In this document: positions 19,105 to 28,301 of the stretch, one piece after another
Layout of the letters: each line of letters begins with the position of its first letter
How positions within the stretch are numbered: position 1 is the first letter of the stretch
NCBI GenBank assembly: GCA_965216465.1
Contig: CBDCFW010000006.1
Location: 64,001-128,000 of the forward strand
From: Bacteroidia bacterium
GTDB lineage: Bacteria > Bacteroidota > Bacteroidia > NS11-12g > UBA9320
Direction: 5' to 3'
Length of the DNA: 64,000 bases
The notes under the pieces: model-generated
Seen by the model: only the letters and a program-made list of their open reading frames with translations
What the model was told of the DNA's origin: nothing
The model's database searches: none
Position numbers and translations under genes: made by a program

Positions 19105-22056
19105 ATGAGTACGTACGATTTTAAATCCATCGAAGAAAACTGGCAAAAAGAATGGGCCGAGAATAAAGTTTATAAGACCGTTATCGATCATAACAAACCT
19201 AAGTTTTATGCCCTCGATATGTTTCCTTATCCAAGTGGAGCGGGATTACATGTTGGACATCCTTTAGGATACATTGCCTCTGACATTGTAGCTAGGTTCA
19301 AAAGACTTAGTGGATTTAACGTACTTCACCCAATGGGTTTTGATGCGTTTGGTTTACCCGCTGAGCAGTATGCAATTCAAACAGGTCAACATCCAGCAAT
19401 CACCACTCAGGAAAACTTAAATCGCTACAAAAAACAACTCAACAGAATAGGGTTTTGCTACGATTGGGATAGAGAAATTCAAACCTGTGATCCAAATTAT
19501 TACAAATGGACACAATGGATTTTTATACAGCTTTTTAATTCTTGGTACAACGCAAAATCAGATAAAGCAGAGTCAATTGACAACCTAATTACCATATTTG
19601 AGAACGACGGAAATGTAAATGTTCATCATAAAGGAGACGAGGTTGAAGCTTTTACTGCTGAAGACTGGGAAAACTTTACCGCTTTAGAAAGATCTAAAAT
19701 ACTTCAATGCTACCGACTGGCTTTTCAGAAAGAAACAACAGTAAACTGGTGCGAAGAACTTGGTACGGTACTAGCCAACGACGAAGTAAAAGATGGCTTG
19801 TCGGAGCGAGGTGGTTATCCTGTAACTCAAAAACTGATGACGCAATGGTATTTGCGTATAACGGCTTATGCAGATCGTTTGCTTGAAGGTTTAAATCGAA
19901 TTGAGTGGAGTGATTCAATAAAAGAAATGCAACGCAACTGGATCGGGAGAAGCGAAGGTGCTTCCATCCATTTCAAGGTTCAAAATTCAGATCAAAGTAT
20001 TGAGGTCTTTACTACTCGGCCTGATACCATATTCGGATCTACCTTTATGGTTCTTGCCCCAGATCATGAATTGGTGGCGGAACTCACAACTCCTGAACAA
20101 AAGGCTAAAGTTGAAGCTTACGCAAGCAAGGCAAATAATAAAAGTGAGCGTGAGAGGATGATGAACAAGGAAGTTTCTGGTGTATTTACTGGTGGTTATG
20201 CACTTAATCCTTTCAACAACTCTCCCATTCCGATTTATATTTCTGAATATGTATTAAGTGGATATGGAACGGGTGCAATTATGGCTGTTCCTGCCCATGA
20301 TGAGCGAGATCATGCTTTTGCCAAGAAGTTCGGCTTAGAGATCAAACAAGTAATTTCTGCTCCTGAGGGTGTTAACATTCAAGAAGAAAGCTACGATGCT
20401 AAAGAAGGTAAACTGATGAACAGTGAGAACTTCGACAGACTTTCAGTAAAAGAAGGAATTCAAGCTACTATTCAGTTAGCGGAAGAAAAAGGTTTTGGGA
20501 AACGCAAGGTAAACTACAAGCTACGCGATGCGGGTTATAGCCGACAGCGTTACTGGGGTGAGCCTTTCCCAATTATATATAAAGATGGAGTACCTACAGT
20601 TGATAACAATCTCCCTCTTGAACTTCCAAAGGTTGAAAGCTACGAACCAACGGGTACTGGTGAAAGTCCTTTAGCTGGTAATGAAGATTGGTTAAATACG
20701 AACGAAGGAAGAAGAGAAACAGACACCATGCCGGGATATGCTGGAAGTAGCTGGTATTTCTTACGCTACATGGACCCCAATAACAATGACGTATTTGCCA
20801 GTAAAGAAGCTTTAGACTACTGGCAACAAGTTGATTTATACATTGGAGGAACCGAGCACGCTACCGGTCATTTGCTTTACAGCAGGTTCTGGACCAAATT
20901 TTTAAATGATTTGGGATACATTTCATTCGATGAGCCATTCAAAAAGCTGGTAAACCAAGGGATGATTCAGGGTGAAAGTAAATATATCTATAAAATGAAT
21001 TTTATGGTATCAACACAAATGGACCTTAACGAAGATCCAACAGAGTCATCATTACTTCCTAACATCTTGTATTCTCCTAAAACTCAAGACGAAGCGAGAA
21101 AAGCAATTGCACATAACAAGGTCGAAGCTCATATTTTGGAGATTGTAAAAAAAGAAGAACAAAAGTTCCAAAAGAAACACCCAGATTTAGATTGGAAAAT
21201 ATTACCAGACTTCTACTCAGCAAAACAAGTGAGAATACCCGTTCAATTGGTCGATAAGAATAATGTCGTTGATATAGATTCTTTTCTTGCGAACAATAAA
21301 TACCAAATGGATGACAGTAGTATAATTATAACTACACAGGATGGAAAAATAATTGCTGAAAATTTAGTAGAAAAGATGTCAAAGAGATGGGGAAATGTAG
21401 TTAACCCAGATGATGTCAGCGATCAGTATGGTGCAGATACGCTCCGTCTGTATGAAATGTTTTTAGGACCTCTTGAAGATAGCAAACCGTGGAGCACCAA
21501 AGGTATTGATGGTACGCATCGATTCTTGAAAAAACTTTGGGCCTTGTTCTATGACCAAGACAACCATCAGGTTTGGAACACTGATGCACCGGGTAAAGAT
21601 TCACTTAAGACATTGCACAAGACGATTAAGAAAATTACAGAAGACATAAACAACTTTTCTTTCAATACTTCGGTTTCTCAGTTTATGATCTGTGTAAATG
21701 AGTTAAGCAGTCAAAAATGCAACTCAAAAGAAATTTTGGAGCAGGTGTTGATTTTGTTAAACCCTTTTGCACCCCACATCACAGAAGAACTTTGGAGACG
21801 AATTGGTAACGAAGGATGGATTATGGATGCGACCTGGCCATCGTTTGATGAAAGCTTGCTGGTAGAATCAACCAAGGCCTACCCTATTTCGATCAATGGT
21901 AAAACAAGAACAACTTTAGAGCTACCACTTGACATGCCAAAAAATGAAATTGAAGAACAAGTTTTGGCCAACGAAGTTGTTCAGAAATGGTTGGATGGCA
22001 ATGCACCCAAAAAGGTGATTGTTGTTCCGGGTAGAATTGTGAATGTTGTAGTGTAA
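19105..22056 (+). CDS. leuS: Leucine--tRNA ligase
   Basis: Motifs MFPYPSGAGLHVGH, CP1 TTRPDT and GTGAIMAVPAHD, RQRYWGEP, KMSK. Confidence 0.97.
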   Translation: MSTYDFKSIEENWQKEWAENKVYKTVIDHNKPKFYALDMFPYPSGAGLHVGHPLGYIASDIVARFKRLSGFNVLHPMGFDAFGLPAEQYAIQTGQHPAITTQENLNRYKKQLNRIGFCYDWDREIQTCDPNYYKWTQWIFIQLFNSWYNAKSDKAESIDNLITIFENDGNVNVHHKGDEVEAFTAEDWENFTALERSKILQCYRLAFQKETTVNWCEELGTVLANDEVKDGLSERGGYPVTQKLMTQWYLRITAYADRLLEGLNRIEWSDSIKEMQRNWIGRSEGASIHFKVQNSDQSIEVFTTRPDTIFGSTFMVLAPDHELVAELTTPEQKAKVEAYASKANNKSERERMMNKEVSGVFTGGYALNPFNNSPIPIYISEYVLSGYGTGAIMAVPAHDERDHAFAKKFGLEIKQVISAPEGVNIQEESYDAKEGKLMNSENFDRLSVKEGIQATIQLAEEKGFGKRKVNYKLRDAGYSRQRYWGEPFPIIYKDGVPTVDNNLPLELPKVESYEPTGTGESPLAGNEDWLNTNEGRRETDTMPGYAGSSWYFLRYMDPNNNDVFASKEALDYWQQVDLYIGGTEHATGHLLYSRFWTKFLNDLGYISFDEPFKKLVNQGMIQGESKYIYKMNFMVSTQMDLNEDPTESSLLPNILYSPKTQDEARKAIAHNKVEAHILEIVKKEEQKFQKKHPDLDWKILPDFYSAKQVRIPVQLVDKNNVVDIDSFLANNKYQMDDSSIIITTQDGKIIAENLVEKMSKRWGNVVNPDDVSDQYGADTLRLYEMFLGPLEDSKPWSTKGIDGTHRFLKKLWALFYDQDNHQVWNTDAPGKDSLKTLHKTIKKITEDINNFSFNTSVSQFMICVNELSSQKCNSKEILEQVLILLNPFAPHITEELWRRIGNEGWIMDATWPSFDESLLVESTKAYPISINGKTRTTLELPLDMPKNEIEEQVLANEVVQKWLDGNAPKKVIVVPGRIVNVVV

Positions 22057-22091
22057 AATCATTTACTATATTTCCGATTTAATCGGAGTTT

Positions 22092-22838
22092 ATGGTTGAA
22101 TCCTTCCTATTTATTCTTATCCTGGTGGCAGGGATTGCCATTTTTGGTTATATCGTTTTTCCGCTATTCACTAAAGAAGAGTATAAATCTGATGATGAGC
22201 GTCTCTATGACCCTGAGGCTGGCAAGTTTTATGAAATCGACTTTTCAGACGATAAACTTAACATTGACATAGCGAAAGATCAAAGAAGGACAGAAAATTC
22301 TTCACTTCCCAGAGATCAATATAATATGCTAATTAAGCATCTTCTTGAGCAAGGGTTTAAGCATATACATCAACCCAAGAACATGGCTGCCGTTGATCAA
22401 ATGATAGAGAAATACGACTTGGTCAAATTAGGAGAAGGCCTGGGTGGTATTGACGAATATTTCATCAAAGATGGCAACCTTACTTTTTTTATCACAGATG
22501 GCCGTGAAGACATAATCGCATCTGTGCTTATTTTCTCAAGTTCTACTTTTACCGGATTTGGAAGCTTATATCCTAAAAGCTTGTCAGATATGAAACTAAA
22601 TCCCATAAGTTCACTTATTGACGATAGTACTAAAATTAGTCCTCAGTTTAATGGCCGTTACAATTTTTATTACGACCATGAGCTTGACCATATTGCTATA
22701 TCAAAGATTGATCATTTTGGTAAGTTAAATGACCTCCATATTGAGTTTGAGTACGGAAATCTAGTCATTCTCAAAACAGGGAATACCAACTCTGAATTGT
22801 TTGACCAATTGTACAACGAAGCAATTAAACTACAATAG
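22092..22838 (+). CDS. Hypothetical protein with an N-terminal membrane anchor
   Basis: 248-aa ORF filling the gap, with a hydrophobic N-terminus and no recognised motif. Confidence 0.7.
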   Translation: MVESFLFILILVAGIAIFGYIVFPLFTKEEYKSDDERLYDPEAGKFYEIDFSDDKLNIDIAKDQRRTENSSLPRDQYNMLIKHLLEQGFKHIHQPKNMAAVDQMIEKYDLVKLGEGLGGIDEYFIKDGNLTFFITDGREDIIASVLIFSSSTFTGFGSLYPKSLSDMKLNPISSLIDDSTKISPQFNGRYNFYYDHELDHIAISKIDHFGKLNDLHIEFEYGNLVILKTGNTNSELFDQLYNEAIKLQ

Positions 22839-22857
22839 ATTCATTTTTTTTCTCGGG

Positions 22858-22890
22858 ATATGCAACCCTCAAGCATTAAACTTGTATATC
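22858..22890 (+). promoter_or_regulatory. Putative ECF sigma promoter, copy 1 (ATATGCAACCC-N15-GTATATC)
   Basis: Identical arms and spacing to the copy at 25028-25060, directly upstream of the ECF gene. Confidence 0.75.
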
Positions 22891-22908
22891 AGTATAAACA
22901 AAGTAACA

Positions 22909-23454
22909 ATTAGTACTCCGAGTACGCATATCGCGATCGTAAAAAGGTGCTTGCTAGGCGACCAATCTGCTGAATATGAGCTATATAAGCTTTATTCCAA
23001 TGCACTGTACAATACGTGTATACGGATGTTAAAGCATGTTCCTGAGGCAGAAGACCTGTTGCAAGAAACTTTTATAAAGATCTTCAATAATCTGGATCGC
23101 TTTAATCTCGAGTCTAATTTTTACACCTGGGCAAACAGAATTGCCATTAACGGTTGCATTAACCACCAAAACAAAAAGGGCGTTGATTACACCATGGATT
23201 ACGAGCACGAAATAGCAATGCAGAAAGCAGACGACGATTATTCTGAAGCAGATGTTGATTGGACAGTGACTCAGGTTAATCAAGCCATTTTAAATTTACC
23301 CAACGGTTATCGAGAGATTATAAGTTTATACCTGTTAGAAGGATACGACCATCAAGAAATATCAGAGATACTTGGCATAAGTGTCTCAACCAGCAAATCA
23401 CAGTATGCCCGAGCAAAAAAGAAGTTGAAACAAATATTATCAACCAATGGATAA
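22909..23454 (+). CDS. ECF RNA polymerase sigma factor (ORF track start 22801; start uncertain)
   Basis: Region 2 AEDLLQETFIK and TWANRIAIN. Region 4 LPNGYREI...EGYDHQEISEILGIS..TSKSQY.RAK. Confidence 0.92.
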   Translation: MSTPSTHIAIVKRCLLGDQSAEYELYKLYSNALYNTCIRMLKHVPEAEDLLQETFIKIFNNLDRFNLESNFYTWANRIAINGCINHQNKKGVDYTMDYEHEIAMQKADDDYSEADVDWTVTQVNQAILNLPNGYREIISLYLLEGYDHQEISEILGISVSTSKSQYARAKKKLKQILSTNG

Positions 23455-23986
23455 TTTAGAAAAATTCATAAAAGATCACAAAAGTGAATTCGATGTTGAA
23501 ACACCTCGAACTGAACTTTGGGATCAACTCAATCAAAAAAGAGGAAAAACAAAACCTACTAAAAGGATTTCAATGTTTCCTTATAAAACACTGCGTATAG
23601 CTGCCAGTATAGTAATCTTGGCTTTTGCAGTGTACGGAGCATACAATCTATTTGCTCCAACGCCTACGGAAACAACTGCATCTACTGAAGTTACATTGCC
23701 TGCTGAATTGGTTGAACTAGACCAATACTATGAGGGCCAAGTTAAAGTTCAATTCACCAAGGTAAATCAGCTAATTGACGATGAAGAAATCCTTGATGAT
23801 ATCAAATCGGATTTGGAAATGCTCAATGATGAAAAAGTGGCTTTAATGGAAGAATACGGAACACATATTGACGATGAAGAGGTTGTTGAAGCATTGATCA
23901 ACACTTACCGCATGAAAATTCACATTTTAGAGGACATCTTAAGTATAATTAATGAACAAGAAATTGAAAATGAACAAGCTATATAG
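23447..23986 (+). CDS. Putative anti-sigma factor
   Basis: MDNLEKFI..HK.EFD...LW, a single TM helix and a helical periplasmic part. Overlaps the sigma stop. Confidence 0.8.
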   Translation: MDNLEKFIKDHKSEFDVETPRTELWDQLNQKRGKTKPTKRISMFPYKTLRIAASIVILAFAVYGAYNLFAPTPTETTASTEVTLPAELVELDQYYEGQVKVQFTKVNQLIDDEEILDDIKSDLEMLNDEKVALMEEYGTHIDDEEVVEALINTYRMKIHILEDILSIINEQEIENEQAI

Positions 23987-25028
23987 ATATATTTTAACTG
24001 CCGCGATTCTCACATCGTCGTTGATCAATTATGCCCAATTCAAAGATGACAAAACCACGGAGAAATCAAGCAAGTTTAGTCAAACAGGCAAAGTGATGGT
24101 TAATAATCGCCATGGAAATATACAAGTTATTTCGTGGGCTAAAGATTCGATTCGAGTTAAAGCTCATATAAGCGGCGAATCAAAATCATTGGCAAACCTT
24201 AGTGAAGCATTGTCTAAAACTACAGCACAAATCAACCTAAGTTTTACGAACGCTGAAATTAATACAGTGGTTTATGAATCTGGAATTGAAAAGAGTATAA
24301 ATGATATCAAGAAAATTGCAGGAGCTGGAACTAATATCAAAATAAACTATACCATCTATGCTCCAAAATCATGCAAACTGATGCTATCAAACAAGTATGG
24401 TGACATTTTGCTCGACAACCACGATGGAGTTGTAATAGCTAAGCTAAACCATGGAAATCTACGTGCAAATGAACTCCCTCAGTTAAACAATTTGCATTGC
24501 ACTTTTGGCAATATTTATATACGCTCTGCAGAAACTTTTACTGGAAGCTTTTACTTCTCCGACCTTGATATAGAATCTGTTGGTCAAATCTCAATGGACG
24601 CAAAGAGCAGCACTTTAGAAATTGGCAAAATTGATGAACTAACAATCTCTTCATCCAACGACGAAATTATAATTGATGAGATTAATCATTTCAACTTCAA
24701 TGGTAACTTAAGTAAGATTAAAATTGGAAGCTTAGGCCTTACAAGCATGGTCAATATGAAGTATGGTAAATTTAGAGTTCGACGAATCGAAAGCACAGTT
24801 TGTAAGTTTAATGCTCAATCGAGCAGAACTACTATAGATCTCGGATTCGCTCCTAACGTTAATTTTAGAGTTAGCGGATATCAAGAAGATGTAGATTTTA
24901 GCTCTACAAACCCGCTGAGCCATGTGAATACATCGTTAAATTCTTTCAATGGATATTATGGTCAAAACCCAGAAGCTCAGTGTGTTTACATGCTGAATGG
25001 GCAAAAATCTAAAATTTATTTTAGGTAA
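23970..25028 (+). CDS. DUF4097-like beta-strand repeat secreted protein
   Basis: Signal peptide and repeated NxxGxI units (NRHGNI, NKYGDI, NHGNL, TFGNI). Confidence 0.75.
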   Translation: MNKLYRYILTAAILTSSLINYAQFKDDKTTEKSSKFSQTGKVMVNNRHGNIQVISWAKDSIRVKAHISGESKSLANLSEALSKTTAQINLSFTNAEINTVVYESGIEKSINDIKKIAGAGTNIKINYTIYAPKSCKLMLSNKYGDILLDNHDGVVIAKLNHGNLRANELPQLNNLHCTFGNIYIRSAETFTGSFYFSDLDIESVGQISMDAKSSTLEIGKIDELTISSSNDEIIIDEINHFNFNGNLSKIKIGSLGLTSMVNMKYGKFRVRRIESTVCKFNAQSSRTTIDLGFAPNVNFRVSGYQEDVDFSSTNPLSHVNTSLNSFNGYYGQNPEAQCVYMLNGQKSKIYFR

Positions 25029-25060
25029 TATGCAACCCCTTGATTTCATTTCGGTATATC
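25028..25060 (+). promoter_or_regulatory. Putative ECF sigma promoter, copy 2 (ATATGCAACCC-N15-GTATATC)
   Basis: Matches the copy at 22858-22890 and lies 5 nt before ATG 25066. Confidence 0.75.
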
Positions 25061-25065
25061 TTAAT

Positions 25066-25707
25066 ATGAAAAAGCATTTGAAATCAACACTAAGCATTTT
25101 GATTCTCCTATTGAGCAGCAATTTGCTTCATGCACAAAACGATAATACACCATCTAATGACGAGTATGAATCGTTCTTTAACCCAATCAGCATTCGTGGT
25201 AACATCGGTTTGCATTCTGGAACTTTAGCTACTAAAAACAACAACCTTGTTCTTAAAACAGGCGGCTCAGTAGCCGTTATTCTAAATCACAAACTAGCCC
25301 TTGGTTTTACAGGAACTGGATTTGTAGGCTCACAGAATGTAACACTCAATAACACAACATATTCTATGGCAGGTGGATACGGTGGTTTGCTAATAGAACC
25401 CATTTTAATGCCTAAAAAATCAATCCATGTAAGTTTTCCTGTAACCATAGGTGCCGGAGAGGTTCAGTACTTCGAAGACGATGGAAACTACAGAGATTGG
25501 CACTATCATTATTCCTACACAGATTACAATGATTTTATTCTAATCGAACCAGGAATAAACGTTGAAGCCAACTTAACCAATTTCATGCGATTTGGCGTGA
25601 GTGGATCATATGTATTCACCAATTCAGTTTCAAACACTGTGTTTAAAAATTCTGAAATTGATGGATTAAGTCTAACTGCAACCTTAAAATTTGGTTGGTT
25701 TAAATAA
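25066..25707 (+). CDS. Outer-membrane beta-barrel protein (ORF track start 24997)
   Basis: Signal peptide MKKHLK..., amphipathic strands GYGGLLIEP and IEPGINVEAN, and terminal LKFGWF. Confidence 0.8.
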   Translation: MKKHLKSTLSILILLLSSNLLHAQNDNTPSNDEYESFFNPISIRGNIGLHSGTLATKNNNLVLKTGGSVAVILNHKLALGFTGTGFVGSQNVTLNNTTYSMAGGYGGLLIEPILMPKKSIHVSFPVTIGAGEVQYFEDDGNYRDWHYHYSYTDYNDFILIEPGINVEANLTNFMRFGVSGSYVFTNSVSNTVFKNSEIDGLSLTATLKFGWFK

Positions 25708-26450
25708 TGTACGCCATGAGAAATATAAATATTCCAATAATCGTAATTCTTGCACTTGCTACGCTCCTTTATTCTTGCGATCATGAGCAATTGTGCATCC
25801 GAGGAAACAACAATATCCAGTCTGAATCTATAGACTTAGACGACTTTGAATCTGTAGAACTTGATGGTGCCTTCGATGTTTATATCAAACAAGGAAGATC
25901 ATTCGAAATCATAGTAACAGGCGACGACAATATTCTACCTGATGTTAAAGCTTATGTGAGTGACGGCATCCTAAAACTTGACCTCGAACGAGGCTGCTAT
26001 AGAAACTATGACTTACAATTTGATATTACCATGCCAGCACTTCACAGCGTTCATCTCGATGGCAGTGGAAATATTGAAGTCGACAACTTTAGCGGTCAAG
26101 ACTTTTTAGAAGCACATCTTGATGGATCTGGGAATATTGACTTATTCGAGTTTGATGGAATCACGGAGCTCATCATGCAAATTGATGGAAGCGGAGATAT
26201 AGTGTGTAATGAACCTATTGCGCATCTCGACAATCTTGAAACCAGAATTGCAGGCTCTGGAAATATTAGAGCATATCATGCTAGTGCAGACAATGCAACA
26301 GCAAAAATCACCGGCAGTGGAGATATTCGATTAACATGTCATGAGAATTTAGATGTCCGCATAACAGGAAGTGGCAATGTATTGTACAAAGGCAATCCTT
26401 CCATTCACAGTAGAATTACTGGTTCTGGTGAAGTTGTTGATGCAAACTAG
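25707..26450 (+). CDS. DUF2807 / head GIN-domain lipoprotein
   Basis: Lipobox LYSC, repeated GSGNI/GSGDI units, YKGNP. Confidence 0.9.
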   Translation: MYAMRNINIPIIVILALATLLYSCDHEQLCIRGNNNIQSESIDLDDFESVELDGAFDVYIKQGRSFEIIVTGDDNILPDVKAYVSDGILKLDLERGCYRNYDLQFDITMPALHSVHLDGSGNIEVDNFSGQDFLEAHLDGSGNIDLFEFDGITELIMQIDGSGDIVCNEPIAHLDNLETRIAGSGNIRAYHASADNATAKITGSGDIRLTCHENLDVRITGSGNVLYKGNPSIHSRITGSGEVVDAN

Positions 26451-26469
26451 CTTTGTTAAGTTAATTTTG

Positions 26470-26498
26470 AACCCAGACAGTATCGTCTGGGTTTTTTT
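26470..26498 (+). terminator. Intrinsic terminator of the ECF operon
   Basis: AACCCAGAC-agtatc-GTCTGGGTT followed by a T-run. Confidence 0.85.
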
Positions 26499-26996
26499 AT
26501 GTATTTATTCGAAACAGCAAGATTAGGTTTAAGACCCATTTTGGCTTCAGATGCTGAAGAAATGTTCATCCTAAATTCTGATTGGGATGTTGTAAAATAT
26601 ACTGGTGATGTTCCTTTCAAATCTATTGAAGAAGCACGTACGTTTATTTCGAACTATGACCACTACGAAAAATATGGTTACGGCAGATGGTTGGTTGCAC
26701 TAAAAGACACTCACGAAACGCTAGGCTGGTGTGGACTTAAGAACCACAATGACGAATTTATCGATATCGGATTTCGATTTATGAAAAAGCACTGGGGAAA
26801 AGGGTTTGCAACGGAATCAGCTCTTGCCTGTATTAATTATGGTTTTGAAAATCTAGGGATGACCGAAATTATCGGAAGAGCTATGCCTGAAAATGAAGCT
26901 TCCATCGCAGTTCTTAAGAAGCTTGGTATGAAGTATTTCAAGCAGGATGAATGTAAAGGTTTACACGCCGCTCATTGGTTTAAAATTGAGAAATAA
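26499..26996 (+). CDS. GNAT acetyltransferase (RimJ/RimL type)
   Basis: Motifs ETARLGLRP, LGWCGL, HWGKGFATE, N.AS..VL.KLGM. Confidence 0.9.
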   Translation: MYLFETARLGLRPILASDAEEMFILNSDWDVVKYTGDVPFKSIEEARTFISNYDHYEKYGYGRWLVALKDTHETLGWCGLKNHNDEFIDIGFRFMKKHWGKGFATESALACINYGFENLGMTEIIGRAMPENEASIAVLKKLGMKYFKQDECKGLHAAHWFKIEK

Positions 26997-27053
26997 TGGA
27001 ATGATGATAAAATCATATTCGTTTAGTACCTTCGGCCCCTTAATTTGAACGTA

Positions 27054-28277
27054 ATGAACACCTGGATAGATATTCCTCAAAATTCTGATTTTTCACTTCA
27101 CAACCTTCCATATGGCGTATTTATTCGCGATGAGAAGCCAACTCCTGGAATTGCAATCGGCGACTCAATCATTGATTTGAATGCCGCAGCTAATGTTGGA
27201 GTTTTCACTGAATTAAGTTTTGACACAGCAGTTTTTGAATCTGAATTTTTGAACGACTTTATCGATTGCGGAAAACCTGTTTGGTCTGCAGTAAAAGCAA
27301 GAATAACTGAAGAACTAACCTCTGAAGGTAAATTGTTTGAATTCAGAGAAAAAGTAATTGTCAATAGAATTGGAGCTCAAATGTGCATGCCTATTCAAAT
27401 TGGGGATTATACCGACTTCTACAGCAGCATCGAGCACGCTACTAACGTAGGAAAGATGTTCAGACCCGATAATCCTTTATTACCAAATTGGAAGCACATT
27501 CCTGTTGGGTACCATGGCCGCTCAAGCAGTATTGTAATAAGCGGAACAGATATTAAGCGTCCACATGGCCAAATGATGCCACCAAATGCCGATAAACCCG
27601 TTTATGGCCCTTCTAAAAGAATGGATATTGAATTGGAAATGGCATTCGTAATTGGTAAGCAATCTAACTTAGGTGAACCGGTAAGTATTGATGAGGCTGA
27701 AGATTACATCTTTGGTAAAGTAATATTCAATGACTGGAGTGCAAGAGATATTCAAAAGTGGGAGTATGTGCCTCTAGGACCTTTTCTAGGTAAGAATTTT
27801 GGAAGTACAATTTCTCCTTGGATTGTTACGATGGAAGCACTTGAACCATTCAGATGTGAAAGTATTGAACAAGACCCGGAAGTGTTGCCTTACTTGAAGT
27901 ATTCTGGCAACAAAAACTACGATATCAATTTAGAAGTTGGATTAACTCCTGAAGGAGATGAAGAATCGATCATTTGTGAAAGTAATTTCAAGTATATGTA
28001 CTGGAACATGGCTCAGCAATTAACGCATCATACCGTTAACGGTTGCAACGTAAATGTTGGAGATCTTATGGCGAGTGGTACTATTTCTGGAAAGGAAAAA
28101 GGGAGCTACGGTAGTATGTTAGAATTAAGTTGGGGAGGCAAAGAAGAGATTCAACTTAAAAACGGAAAGACGCGTACCTTTATAGAGGATGGTGACACCT
28201 TAACGCTGAGAGCCTATTGCGAAAAAGACGGTATCCGTGTTGGGTTTGGAGAGTGTGTAGGAAAGATAGTTTCTTAG
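27054..28277 (+). CDS. fahA: Fumarylacetoacetase
   Basis: Motifs SDFSLHNLPYG, DYTDFYSSIEHATNVG, GYHGRSSS, NDWSARDIQKWEY, GFGEC. Confidence 0.95.
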   Translation: MNTWIDIPQNSDFSLHNLPYGVFIRDEKPTPGIAIGDSIIDLNAAANVGVFTELSFDTAVFESEFLNDFIDCGKPVWSAVKARITEELTSEGKLFEFREKVIVNRIGAQMCMPIQIGDYTDFYSSIEHATNVGKMFRPDNPLLPNWKHIPVGYHGRSSSIVISGTDIKRPHGQMMPPNADKPVYGPSKRMDIELEMAFVIGKQSNLGEPVSIDEAEDYIFGKVIFNDWSARDIQKWEYVPLGPFLGKNFGSTISPWIVTMEALEPFRCESIEQDPEVLPYLKYSGNKNYDINLEVGLTPEGDEESIICESNFKYMYWNMAQQLTHHTVNGCNVNVGDLMASGTISGKEKGSYGSMLELSWGGKEEIQLKNGKTRTFIEDGDTLTLRAYCEKDGIRVGFGECVGKIVS

Positions 28278-28301
28278 CTTCATCGTAAAGACTTGTCTGG
28301 T

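Noticed and set aside
20968-21372. LeuRS insert as an intein or homing endonuclease
   Set aside because: There is no Cys/Ser start with a His-Asn end and no LAGLIDADG or HNH motif.
25678-25706. Third ECF promoter copy (TGCAACC) before the DUF2807 gene
   Set aside because: The GTATATC arm is absent at the required spacing.
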